The position numbers and the translations under genes were made by a program. From Candidatus Sumerlaeales bacterium (lineage in GTDB: Bacteria > Sumerlaeota > Sumerlaeia > Sumerlaeales > Sumerlaeaceae), in assembly GCA_038243585.1 (NCBI GenBank), contig JBBSQY010000029.1, forward strand, positions 1 through 42,058: DNA of 42,058 nt. The letters are read 5' to 3'. Positions 8,201 to 16,402 of the stretch are shown piece by piece; the first letter of the stretch is position 1; each line of letters opens with the position of its first letter. A model generated the notes under the pieces. The model was not told the origin of the DNA. It saw nothing but the letters and a program-made list of their open reading frames with translations, and searched no databases.

Positions 8201-10375
8201 CTATTTTTCTGCGGTCGCTGCATCCACGACACAACGAAAGCCAAGGCTGGCTGACCTATCCAGGCTGGGCGCCATAAGCAGGTATTTCCCGTGGGTGTTT
8301 AGTTCATGGGCCTGGGGGAAGTACCAGTTTGACCCCGATGGCCGGTAAGAGCTGCCTCCCCGCAACACTGCCGCGCGGGTGTGTACATCCTTGTACTCGT
8401 CTGTCCACTGCCAAACATTACCCACCATGTCCATCACACCGAATGGGCTGCCCCCCTGCGGGTGAGCATCGACGTCGGCCCGCAGTGGCTGAACGCGACC
8501 ATTGGCGAATGGTGGCATAGCCTTGGCCTTTTTGTCGTCGCCCCAGGGATATTTTCGGTGGTCTGTGCCTTGGGCTGCGTATTGCCATTCCCATTCATGG
8601 GGGAGGCGTTTGCCTGCCCACGCAGCATAAGCGCGCGCATCTTCCAGGGCCACCCACGTCACCGGCTTTTTATCCCACCCAGCGGGGTGTTTACGGCTAT
8701 TCCAATCCCGCAAAAAGTTGTGATCATCTGCGGGCCGATAATTTGCCGCCTCCAGAAACTGCTGAAATTGTGCACATGAGACGGGATATTTATCAATATA
8801 GAAGGCGTCCACATCCATCTCATGCCGATGCTTTAGCTCAGGCCTGTCTTCCCATGGGTATTGGAAATCATTCCCTTCATTTTTTTCCACCATCACCCCT
8901 TTAACTTCGAACAGGTAGCGGCCTGCAGGTATGGCAATCATTCCTTCTGGTGCCTGACCCTGGGGAACTGGTTTTGTTTTCTCGATCGGTACTATCTGCT
9001 GCTTCATGATCTGCCACTCGGAAGAGAGTGCTGACGGTGGAACATTGCTTCGTTTTCTCATATCTGCCAGCAATTGCGTTACGGTGGTTGAAGTGTCTGC
9101 CATTGCCAGCACTGCCGCAAATCCTTCTGCCTCTATTTTAAAACTGACTGTAGCAGACGTGCCAATAATATCAGGATGAAGTTCTTTCCCGGTCCATAGA
9201 TTAAAATACCTAGTACTGTCCCCGGCCGGCAGCGTCAGTTGTTTCCCGCTTACAGTGCTCGTAGTCTGATTTATCATAGTCGTTAACGAGCCGTCACCTA
9301 GTGGGAACCGAGTAGCAAAAACTCCCGTCTGCAAGGTCGGGTAATGGGGGATGTAATCCGGGCTCGACAGGAATTCCGGGACTGCTTTATAGATCATCCG
9401 GATGCGACGGATCGTTTCCCCATCCTTCGGGGTCACGCCATTCCAGATCCCCCACACGTTCTCCCAGCTCTGATGCCCGGCCCCATTAAAAAAGGCCAGT
9501 TGCAGCAAATCGTTGCGGTTGTGAGACCAGCGGTCGCACACATGAGTCATGTGGCGCGATTCCAGCCAACGAAACTTATTAATGGGAGGAATCTGCTGAT
9601 AAGGCCACCAGTATCCCCACGACATGGTGTTCCAAACCAGGCCTGTTGGGTCGGCAATTCCATTTTCTGGCTCCATTACCAATGGGTGACCGATGGCCAC
9701 GGACGCATCATAAAAATCTCGCGAGACGCCCGACATGGTATCGCCATTGAGCCCGTCGGCATTAATTTCTTTCGCCAACTGAGCAAGTGCCTCTGGCATG
9801 GATGCGCCCTCGTCGCGAGTGCCATGATCCCAATACATTATCGGGATAAATACTCGCACATGCCTCCGATGAAAATCCTCTACCATCTGACGTACGCCAG
9901 CAAGTCCTCCGGGCATGTCCCGCCACAAATCATACTGATTCCGGTCATCGATTCCCATGTTCGGATAGGTCGGCCATACCAATACGCTGTCGATGCCGCC
10001 GTATCGGGCTTCGAGGTCGCCGAGGTATCGATCAACCGTATAGCGCTGCTGCTGCGGATCAAAAAAGAAGCGATCGTGGGCCATCATCTGTGGCTGCACA
10101 AAATCGGTACGCGTCCACTCAAATTGTGGCAGCGAGTAAGGATCGCCTAGCTCTGCGATGACCGGACCCAGCAGCTTTCGCTGTTCCACGCGCCATGTCT
10201 TCATCCCTCGCAGCCACGCCTCATGCTCCGCGGGTGCCGCAGGTCCTTCAAGCAGTTCAGAAACGTGATTGCCCTCTAAAAGCCTTGCCGGTTTTTCCGG
10301 TGGTGCGGCGTCGCAGTGAAAAGTAAACAGGGCCAGCCAGGTGACGGCGAGAAGACTGCGGGGAAATATAGACAT
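8201..10375 (-). CDS. Secreted protein: N-terminal glycoside-hydrolase-like barrel plus C-terminal FGE-sulfatase (SUMF1) domain
   Basis: Signal peptide; C-terminal FYIDKYPVS, PVTWV, RLPHEWEWQYAA, YPWG, DMVGNVWQW, RGGS, GFRCV; N-terminal part has NGDT/EPE acidic motifs (domain call is inference). Confidence 0.8.
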   Translation of the reverse strand: MSIFPRSLLAVTWLALFTFHCDAAPPEKPARLLEGNHVSELLEGPAAPAEHEAWLRGMKTWRVEQRKLLGPVIAELGDPYSLPQFEWTRTDFVQPQMMAHDRFFFDPQQQRYTVDRYLGDLEARYGGIDSVLVWPTYPNMGIDDRNQYDLWRDMPGGLAGVRQMVEDFHRRHVRVFIPIMYWDHGTRDEGASMPEALAQLAKEINADGLNGDTMSGVSRDFYDASVAIGHPLVMEPENGIADPTGLVWNTMSWGYWWPYQQIPPINKFRWLESRHMTHVCDRWSHNRNDLLQLAFFNGAGHQSWENVWGIWNGVTPKDGETIRRIRMIYKAVPEFLSSPDYIPHYPTLQTGVFATRFPLGDGSLTTMINQTTSTVSGKQLTLPAGDSTRYFNLWTGKELHPDIIGTSATVSFKIEAEGFAAVLAMADTSTTVTQLLADMRKRSNVPPSALSSEWQIMKQQIVPIEKTKPVPQGQAPEGMIAIPAGRYLFEVKGVMVEKNEGNDFQYPWEDRPELKHRHEMDVDAFYIDKYPVSCAQFQQFLEAANYRPADDHNFLRDWNSRKHPAGWDKKPVTWVALEDARAYAAWAGKRLPHEWEWQYAAQGTDHRKYPWGDDKKAKAMPPFANGRVQPLRADVDAHPQGGSPFGVMDMVGNVWQWTDEYKDVHTRAAVLRGGSSYRPSGSNWYFPQAHELNTHGKYLLMAPSLDRSASLGFRCVVDAATAEK

Positions 10376-10523
10376 GGGTGGATGTGCCGATTTAAGGGAC
10401 GAAAAGTAAAGCGTTTTCAAACGTGTGGCAAACTAACTTGTTCGAGTCTGCGGACAGTCGTTATTCGAGAAATTACAGAGAGCCTGACATGGACGCGATG
10501 AGGGGTGTAAATAAACAGCCTAG

Positions 10524-10557
10524 AAGCGGGTGGGGGCCAGACGCCCCACCCGCTTTT
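10524..10557. terminator. Rho-independent terminator hairpin downstream of the beta-helix gene
   Basis: aagcgggtgggg ... ccccacccgctt 12-bp stem. Confidence 0.75.
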
Positions 10558-10569
10558 GTTTTGTTATAG

Positions 10570-12711
10570 TTAAAACGTTACGTTGGTGAACGGGCTGGTT
10601 GCGGTTGATGCCGGGCTTGACGGCGCCAGGTCGCTGTCAGCTGGGGCGCTGATTGGCGAGGGACAATCAGAGCTGGTGTTGTTACTAATGGAATTACCGG
10701 TGGCCGCGACTAAGATCCCGGTGCGGTTTGATATGGTCACGTTATTGCATATCTCACCGTGAGTCCCGCTGACCAGGCTAATGCCACTCAGGGTATTTTT
10801 GCACGCCCGATTTTCTGACACGCACATACCGGAGCCACTCAGCACCATGCCAGAGCTCGTATTTTTGTCTGCCTGGCAGCTGGTGATTGTGGCGCCGCTC
10901 AGGCACGCGAGATCGAGGCCTGTTTGGTTACTGTTGAAACAGGATTTAACAATTGTAACAGTTCCACGCGCCTGGCTGTTGGGGGATTTGCCAACCGACA
11001 TTCCGCTGCCGCCATTGTTGCTGCAGACAATTCCATCACAGTCCTGATCCACTCCCCCGCCTTCGATCAAAGCACCGGAGGCCGCGTTAAAGCTGAAATC
11101 GCAATCAACAAATTTCGATCCGCCTTTAACAGTTCCATCCCATCCTTTGCGGAAGAATCCGGAACCTGAGTTGTTGGTGCAACGGACGGATGAACACACA
11201 ACACTGGAATTACAGGCATCAACTTGAATCCCGTTTTCGCCGTTGTCTGAGAAGTCGCAATCGTTGTCTATCCCGATGCTTCCTTTGGTGGTGCTGTCCC
11301 ATCCGCGGACACGCACGCCGCACGCGCCATTTCCGCCTGCAGACGTGCTGGAGCATGTCAGGTGAAACGGGACTCCATTCAGATCAATACCATCAAGAGC
11401 GTTGGACGAACAGGTGGAGTCGCTTAGTGATCCTCTTGCCTTTAAAACTGTTACGTGGCCGTCAAACCTGATCCCTGAGCCGCCGTTGTCGATACAGGCA
11501 AGTTCTTTGCAGCGGGCACTTTTGCTGGAAATCTGGGCGCCGTGTCCGCCGTTTCGGCTAAAGTCACAATCGTTACAATCAACCTGGCCCGATTTTACAA
11601 AACACCCAACGGTACTGTTGTCACTACAGCGGCCTTTGTCCTTGTCAAAACTAGCTTTGATCCAGTTATCTACATGATTTATTCCGCCACCTTTATTGAA
11701 ACAGAACGCAGAATCCGCTATGGAAACGCTGGAGGATCCGGCGGATCCCGGAGCTGTGAGGAACCTGAAGCCATCGCCGCCATTTGATGAGCATGTCATT
11801 TTACTGACAGATATATCGAGCGGCCCATTGATGCTGCCACCACCCTGACCTCCACCGCCGGCCGTTACGGAAAAACCGTTGCCACCATTAGAGCTGTTCA
11901 CGCAGTTTTTAAGGTCGTAGCAAACAGAGCCGATAGATGGCAACTGCAGGCTCGTTCCATGAGTGCTATTGCTGGAACAAACAACTTGGCTGCTGCTCCA
12001 GGTCACAACGGAAGTCACCTCAGATACGATTGCCTTAATACCGGAACCCGAGCCGGTGGTCCCATTGCCGGTAAATTTACAGGATTCGATATCCACGGGG
12101 CATGTTCCGGAAGGCGAGAAAGTCAGACTGAGTCCATCCGACCCATTGTCTCGGCATACGCTGCTTATACAGCGAAACGGCGATGCGCTACTGGAAGAGG
12201 CCACGATGCCGGTTCCGCTACTGCCGGAGACTATGCAGCGGGAGAGTGTGCCGCCCAGCATATCGATGCCGGATTCGCCGCACTTTGATATAAGCAAGTT
12301 TTCCAGCTGCAGGTTGGACGGGCAGCGGCTGCGTATGCCGGCCTGATTGAAGCCGGTGCACGAACCATTTTTTATTGTTACGTTTTTACTGGTCGCTGCA
12401 ACCACGATGCCCGCGACCGCGCCACCTGCGATTCCGGAGATTGAGGACCCATTCAAGTCCAAGGTCACATCGCTGGCTTCTATGGTGATACCGGAGGTTG
12501 TGGTGCTAAGATTGCCGACCACCTTATAAGTGCCGGGAGCGGATATGGTGAACGGCAATCGTTTGATGATAATCGCCGTCTCGACCTCGTCAAGGGTCCG
12601 CATGGTGGAGGTGGGCGGACCGACCGGGGGGGTGAGGCTGCCGGCCATAACGGCCGTGCAGCAGGAATAAACTATTGCTGCGATCATGGAGTGAAATCCA
12701 AGTTTATACAC
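10570..12711 (-). CDS. Secreted Cys-rich right-handed parallel beta-helix repeat protein
   Basis: GTG start at 12711 with AGGAGA RBS; signal peptide; AGSLTPPVGPPTSTMRTLDEVE N-terminal motif, PFTISAPGTY, VTLDLNG, many xxNxxxG beta-helix coils; ends SPFTNVTF. Confidence 0.85.
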   Translation of the reverse strand: MYKLGFHSMIAAIVYSCCTAVMAGSLTPPVGPPTSTMRTLDEVETAIIIKRLPFTISAPGTYKVVGNLSTTTSGITIEASDVTLDLNGSSISGIAGGAVAGIVVAATSKNVTIKNGSCTGFNQAGIRSRCPSNLQLENLLISKCGESGIDMLGGTLSRCIVSGSSGTGIVASSSSASPFRCISSVCRDNGSDGLSLTFSPSGTCPVDIESCKFTGNGTTGSGSGIKAIVSEVTSVVTWSSSQVVCSSNSTHGTSLQLPSIGSVCYDLKNCVNSSNGGNGFSVTAGGGGQGGGSINGPLDISVSKMTCSSNGGDGFRFLTAPGSAGSSSVSIADSAFCFNKGGGINHVDNWIKASFDKDKGRCSDNSTVGCFVKSGQVDCNDCDFSRNGGHGAQISSKSARCKELACIDNGGSGIRFDGHVTVLKARGSLSDSTCSSNALDGIDLNGVPFHLTCSSTSAGGNGACGVRVRGWDSTTKGSIGIDNDCDFSDNGENGIQVDACNSSVVCSSVRCTNNSGSGFFRKGWDGTVKGGSKFVDCDFSFNAASGALIEGGGVDQDCDGIVCSNNGGSGMSVGKSPNSQARGTVTIVKSCFNSNQTGLDLACLSGATITSCQADKNTSSGMVLSGSGMCVSENRACKNTLSGISLVSGTHGEICNNVTISNRTGILVAATGNSISNNTSSDCPSPISAPADSDLAPSSPASTATSPFTNVTF

Positions 12712-12824
12712 GATCAGGTTTCTCCTGAGAAATGAAGTCGTACAACCGTACTTCTGCAACGGGACAACATCCATCCTGGACTAGAATGGGATACTAACTT
12801 GTGATCATGGAAATGTGAGTGAGC

Positions 12825-13361
12825 TCATTCTGAGTAGTATGAGCCCAGGTTAACCGGGACCCCGGCGTTCGAGACCGTTGCCACGTCTGGCAGCGGAACA
12901 GTATCAAAAGAGATCCAACCGAGGTTCTCGCTCCAGGCGTTTCCGCTGAAGCGGCCGGTGGAAGGATCGATGGAAACGTATGACGCATCGGGGGATTCGC
13001 CAAAGTTAACCCAACCGGCATTTTCTGACCAGGCGAGGCCCCACAAAGTTCCCGCATGGCTTTTGTTGATTCCAAAATTGGGAGCGGTGTTGGCATCAGG
13101 AGCGGTGTTCGAATAATGATTATCCACCGCGTTGGTCACGCCCAGGCCAAGATTCAGCCAGCCCGCGCTTTCAATCCATGCGAATCCCTGGAGGTAGTCC
13201 GGGGAGACTTTTACCGCGGTAGCGCTATCCCCATAAAAATTAACCCAGCCGGCATTTTCTGACCAGCCAAATTTTGCAACAGGATCAATATTACTTGCGG
13301 ACCACCCGCAACTGGCAAGGAACGACAGAACGGCAACAGCACTGACATGGTGGAAGTTCAT
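12825..13361 (-). CDS. Secreted protein with WSENxGWxxF repeats
   Basis: Signal peptide; GWSENAGWVNF, AWIESAGWLNL, AWSENAGWVNF, AWSENLGWISF; C-terminus VPVNLGSYYSE. Confidence 0.8.
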   Translation of the reverse strand: MNFHHVSAVAVLSFLASCGWSASNIDPVAKFGWSENAGWVNFYGDSATAVKVSPDYLQGFAWIESAGWLNLGLGVTNAVDNHYSNTAPDANTAPNFGINKSHAGTLWGLAWSENAGWVNFGESPDASYVSIDPSTGRFSGNAWSENLGWISFDTVPLPDVATVSNAGVPVNLGSYYSE

Positions 13362-13744
13362 TGGTAAACCTTTTCATTGAAGAAATTAGACAAGATGAGG
13401 GATTACACCGGCTGAAAAATACCGACCATTCAGGAGCATAGTACAGGAAAAAGATACTGTCACACATTTGCATTTCATTTATAGGCACAACTATGTGGAG
13501 GCCTGGCTGAGACGTGTAATTCTGACGCCCTAACGTGAGCGGGTGGATTGCAGGGCCTAAAAATATGGGCGCTTTTTTCGTACCCTTATCCGCGTGGCTT
13601 TTTTTAATTAATTACCATGGAAGCGCTGCAGACGGAGTGCTTTAGCTGCTTCTATTAGGGACTTAATTAATATTGGAATAGCGGGTTGGTTCAGGTCCGG
13701 TTTTTTGTTTCATGGTGTGGTTTTGCCATGGGGGTTTTCGGCGC

Positions 13745-13770
13745 GGTATTCCCGTATGGGTACTTAGGGG
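13745..13770 (-). promoter_or_regulatory. Conserved upstream motif, copy 2 (minus strand CCCCTAAGTACCCATACGGGAATACC)
   Basis: 22/26 identical to 538-563; ends 31 nt upstream of an ATG at 13713. Confidence 0.4.
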
Positions 13771-13841
13771 CACCTGTCACGGATACCTAGAGCTGGGCCT
13801 CAAGCAGGTATGCGGCGCAGGTAGGCACTTTATAATAGAAA

Positions 13842-13880
13842 AGCGGTAGCCGGGCGGGTGAGACACGCTCTGCTACCGCT
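13842..13880. terminator. Hairpin (terminator or REP-like)
   Basis: agcggtagc...gctaccgct stem with inner gggcg/cgctc pairing. Confidence 0.5.
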
Positions 13881-13933
13881 GTTTAAATTGGCGGAATTGG
13901 GTGGATTGGGTGGAGGTTAAAGGTGGATGGAGC

Positions 13934-13959
13934 GGACGGCTCGGCGAGCCATCCTTACC
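13934..13959. repeat. REP-like palindrome
   Basis: ggacggctcggcgagccatccttacc; reverse complement begins GGTAAGG followed by a hairpin. Confidence 0.55.
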
Positions 13960-13992
13960 TTGCCAGATTTTTTTCGGTTTTATTTAGAGAGC

Positions 13993-14391
13993 TTAATTGC
14001 CTCGATATGTGCTGTAACCGAAGGGGCTTACTACTACGGGAACGTGGTAGTGAATGGCCGGATCGCTTACGCGAAAGGTTACGGAGATCTCGGGGAAAAA
14101 CGGATCTGATGGTCCGGCCTTGTATTTTGTCATGTGGAAGGTCAGGCGATAGACGCCGGCGGTTGTCTTATTGTCGTCGCTAAAAGCCTTTACTCGACCG
14201 TTGTCGTCTGTGGTGGCTGATCCGACCTTGGTCCAGTCGCCGGCGGGGGATTTTATTTCCAGTTCCACGGGGACGGCTTTTCCGCCAACCCCTTTGCCGA
14301 GATCCAGCACGTGGGTTGAGATATCCTGACCGGAAACTGTGGCCGGGGCGAGCGCACCGGCTAATACGACATTAATCCATAATTTCGACAT
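13993..14391 (-). CDS. uraH: Hydroxyisourate hydrolase (transthyretin-like), exported
   Basis: ISTHVLD, TDDNGRV, FFPEISVTF, HYHVPVVVSPFGYSTYRGN; signal peptide. Confidence 0.92.
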   Translation of the reverse strand: MSKLWINVVLAGALAPATVSGQDISTHVLDLGKGVGGKAVPVELEIKSPAGDWTKVGSATTDDNGRVKAFSDDNKTTAGVYRLTFHMTKYKAGPSDPFFPEISVTFRVSDPAIHYHVPVVVSPFGYSTYRGN

Positions 14392-14596
14392 TGGAAACCT
14401 TTCGAGGTCGCGGCTGATTAAGAGATATTCTGAGCACGAATGGTGCCACCGGATCGGTCTGCTTACGAGACGGATATAAGCTGCGGATGAGATTAAAGTT
14501 CTTGACGATAGGGACAGCATTACGATTAAACGGAAACTGCAGATGGAAGAGTTGAGTTTTCGCCGATCCACTGTATAAAATCAGGAGAAATCAAAC

Positions 14597-16096
14597 GTGT
14601 ATAAGTTGCCATTTTTAAGTGCTTTGGCTCTACTGGCTTTGCCAGCAGCGGGGTCTGCGGCGATCGTAATCAACGAGATCAATTATGATCCGTATGGGGG
14701 CGACAACAGCACTAACGCAGAGTGGGTGGAGTTGCATAATACGGATTCGACGCCCGTGGATTTAAGCAATTGGACGTTGGCAGCTGGATCGTTTTCGCTT
14801 TTTACTTTTCCAGCGAGTTCCACTATTCAGGGGAACGGATTTGTTGTCGTTCAGTACGGTGAAACTAGCCGCTTTGTAACTTACTATAAGGGCGGTGTTG
14901 ATCCATCGATTGTATACAACTTTGCACTGACAGGAACTGTCGGAAGCAAAATGGGCAATTCGGGCTCGACTTTAACTCTCAAAGATTCTGGCGCGAATAC
15001 AGTGGATACGGTTGCTTACCAGATAGTAGCGCCATGGCCACTGACGACTGCGCCCCGGAACACTAAAAGCAATGGACTGACGCTTGAGCTACTGGACCCG
15101 GCTACTGACAACAGCGACGGCGCAAACTGGGCTGTATCTGCTAGCCCTTCTGGTACTCCTGGCCGGTGGAACTCTTCGGCAGGTCTCTGGTATACTGGCG
15201 CTGGCCGCAACATTGTCTCTCCTGGCTCTAGTGATAATGTCACTATCAGCATTAGCCCGCAAAGCTCTGGCACTATTTCCAGCGTTGAGGCGTTTGTGGC
15301 CAAGGGATCTGGTTCGTCCAGCTATTCCCCTGTCGCGCTAACGGAAGCTGGAGGGATATATACGGGTAGTCTAGGCCTTAGTGCGGATAAGACTCTAGTT
15401 AAATATTATTTCCTGATCACGGGATCCCAGGGACAGCAGGTATCTTATCCGTTTCTGGCTCCGCTGGTTCCAGAAAGCTTTTTTGTGGATAGCGCCCCGC
15501 CGGCTGCGACCGATATTGTGATTAATGAGATTATGGTTAATCCAAAAGGAGCTGATAACGACACTAATTCAGAGTTCATCGAGTGGGTTAATCAGTCAGA
15601 TAACCCCATTGATATCTCCGGTTACATTGGTGGAAGGGAGTTTACCGATCCCTACTGGACCATCGTACCGGAAGGGACGGTTTTGGCGCCTCGAGGTCAG
15701 GCAGGCAGCTTTGTTGTTCTAGCTGGGCGTCCGTCTCTACTACCCGTGTTAGATCCTGCGGTGACAGTTGTCGATTTCGCCTGGACGCCTGCAGTTAGTA
15801 TTTTGGTGAACACGGCCAATACAAACGTATTTTACGCGCGGCCTAATGATTTTCATTGGAACGATGTCTGGACAGATTTGACTTTGACACCGGTTAGTAG
15901 GGTCACGTATTATCTTGCCAGTGGAGGAGTAGCGTCAAATGGATGGCCCAACAGCGTGGACGGAAAAAGCTATGAACTAACAGACCCGACTACGGACAAC
16001 ACCGTTGGCTCGAACTGGACCAATTCTCCGGGTGATGGCGGCACGCCTGGGGCAATCAATACTGTGGCTGATGTTAGCGACTGGGCGATATATTGA
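14597..16096 (+). CDS. Secreted lamin-tail-domain (LTD) protein with two LTDs
   Basis: IVINEINYDP...EWVELHN and IVINEIMVNP...EFIEWVN, GTPG motifs; GTG start with AGGAGA; C-terminus ADVSDWAIY. Confidence 0.88.
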   Translation: MYKLPFLSALALLALPAAGSAAIVINEINYDPYGGDNSTNAEWVELHNTDSTPVDLSNWTLAAGSFSLFTFPASSTIQGNGFVVVQYGETSRFVTYYKGGVDPSIVYNFALTGTVGSKMGNSGSTLTLKDSGANTVDTVAYQIVAPWPLTTAPRNTKSNGLTLELLDPATDNSDGANWAVSASPSGTPGRWNSSAGLWYTGAGRNIVSPGSSDNVTISISPQSSGTISSVEAFVAKGSGSSSYSPVALTEAGGIYTGSLGLSADKTLVKYYFLITGSQGQQVSYPFLAPLVPESFFVDSAPPAATDIVINEIMVNPKGADNDTNSEFIEWVNQSDNPIDISGYIGGREFTDPYWTIVPEGTVLAPRGQAGSFVVLAGRPSLLPVLDPAVTVVDFAWTPAVSILVNTANTNVFYARPNDFHWNDVWTDLTLTPVSRVTYYLASGGVASNGWPNSVDGKSYELTDPTTDNTVGSNWTNSPGDGGTPGAINTVADVSDWAIY

Positions 16097-16120
16097 TTTT
16101 AGATGGTTGAATTTGTAATG

Positions 16121-16160
16121 AAAGCGGCAGCCCCGGAAATTGGGGCTGCCGCTTTTTTTT
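16121..16160 (+). terminator. Rho-independent terminator
   Basis: aaagcggcagcccc-ggaaatt-ggggctgccgc followed by a T8 tract. Confidence 0.88.
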
Positions 16161-16402
16161 GAGATGAACTTATTTAGAAACTTTGTGATCCCACACCGGT
16201 CTATCTTGTCGCGAGTCCCAGGCAAGGTCTGCGACCGGCTAATAGACCCACCGTCACCGTAAAAAAAAAGTAATGCCGACTTGCACATATCGTTGGTATA
16301 AGATGCATAGCTACGATGGCAGCTATGGTCTGCACAACAGGCAAACAGGAGCGGACAAACTTGCGTGAACTATCCGCTCCCATTTTCGGACTATGAGTCG
16401 TT

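Noticed and set aside
8201..8400. FGE-domain C-terminus as a DGR variable region
   Set aside because: No template repeat copy or reverse transcriptase was seen in the window.
796..13662. Similarity between 796-828 (ttagctgct...ttctatagggac) and 13643-13662 (ttagctgcttctattagggac) as att-like sites
   Set aside because: Needs a large gap and the matches are short; cannot be distinguished from chance.
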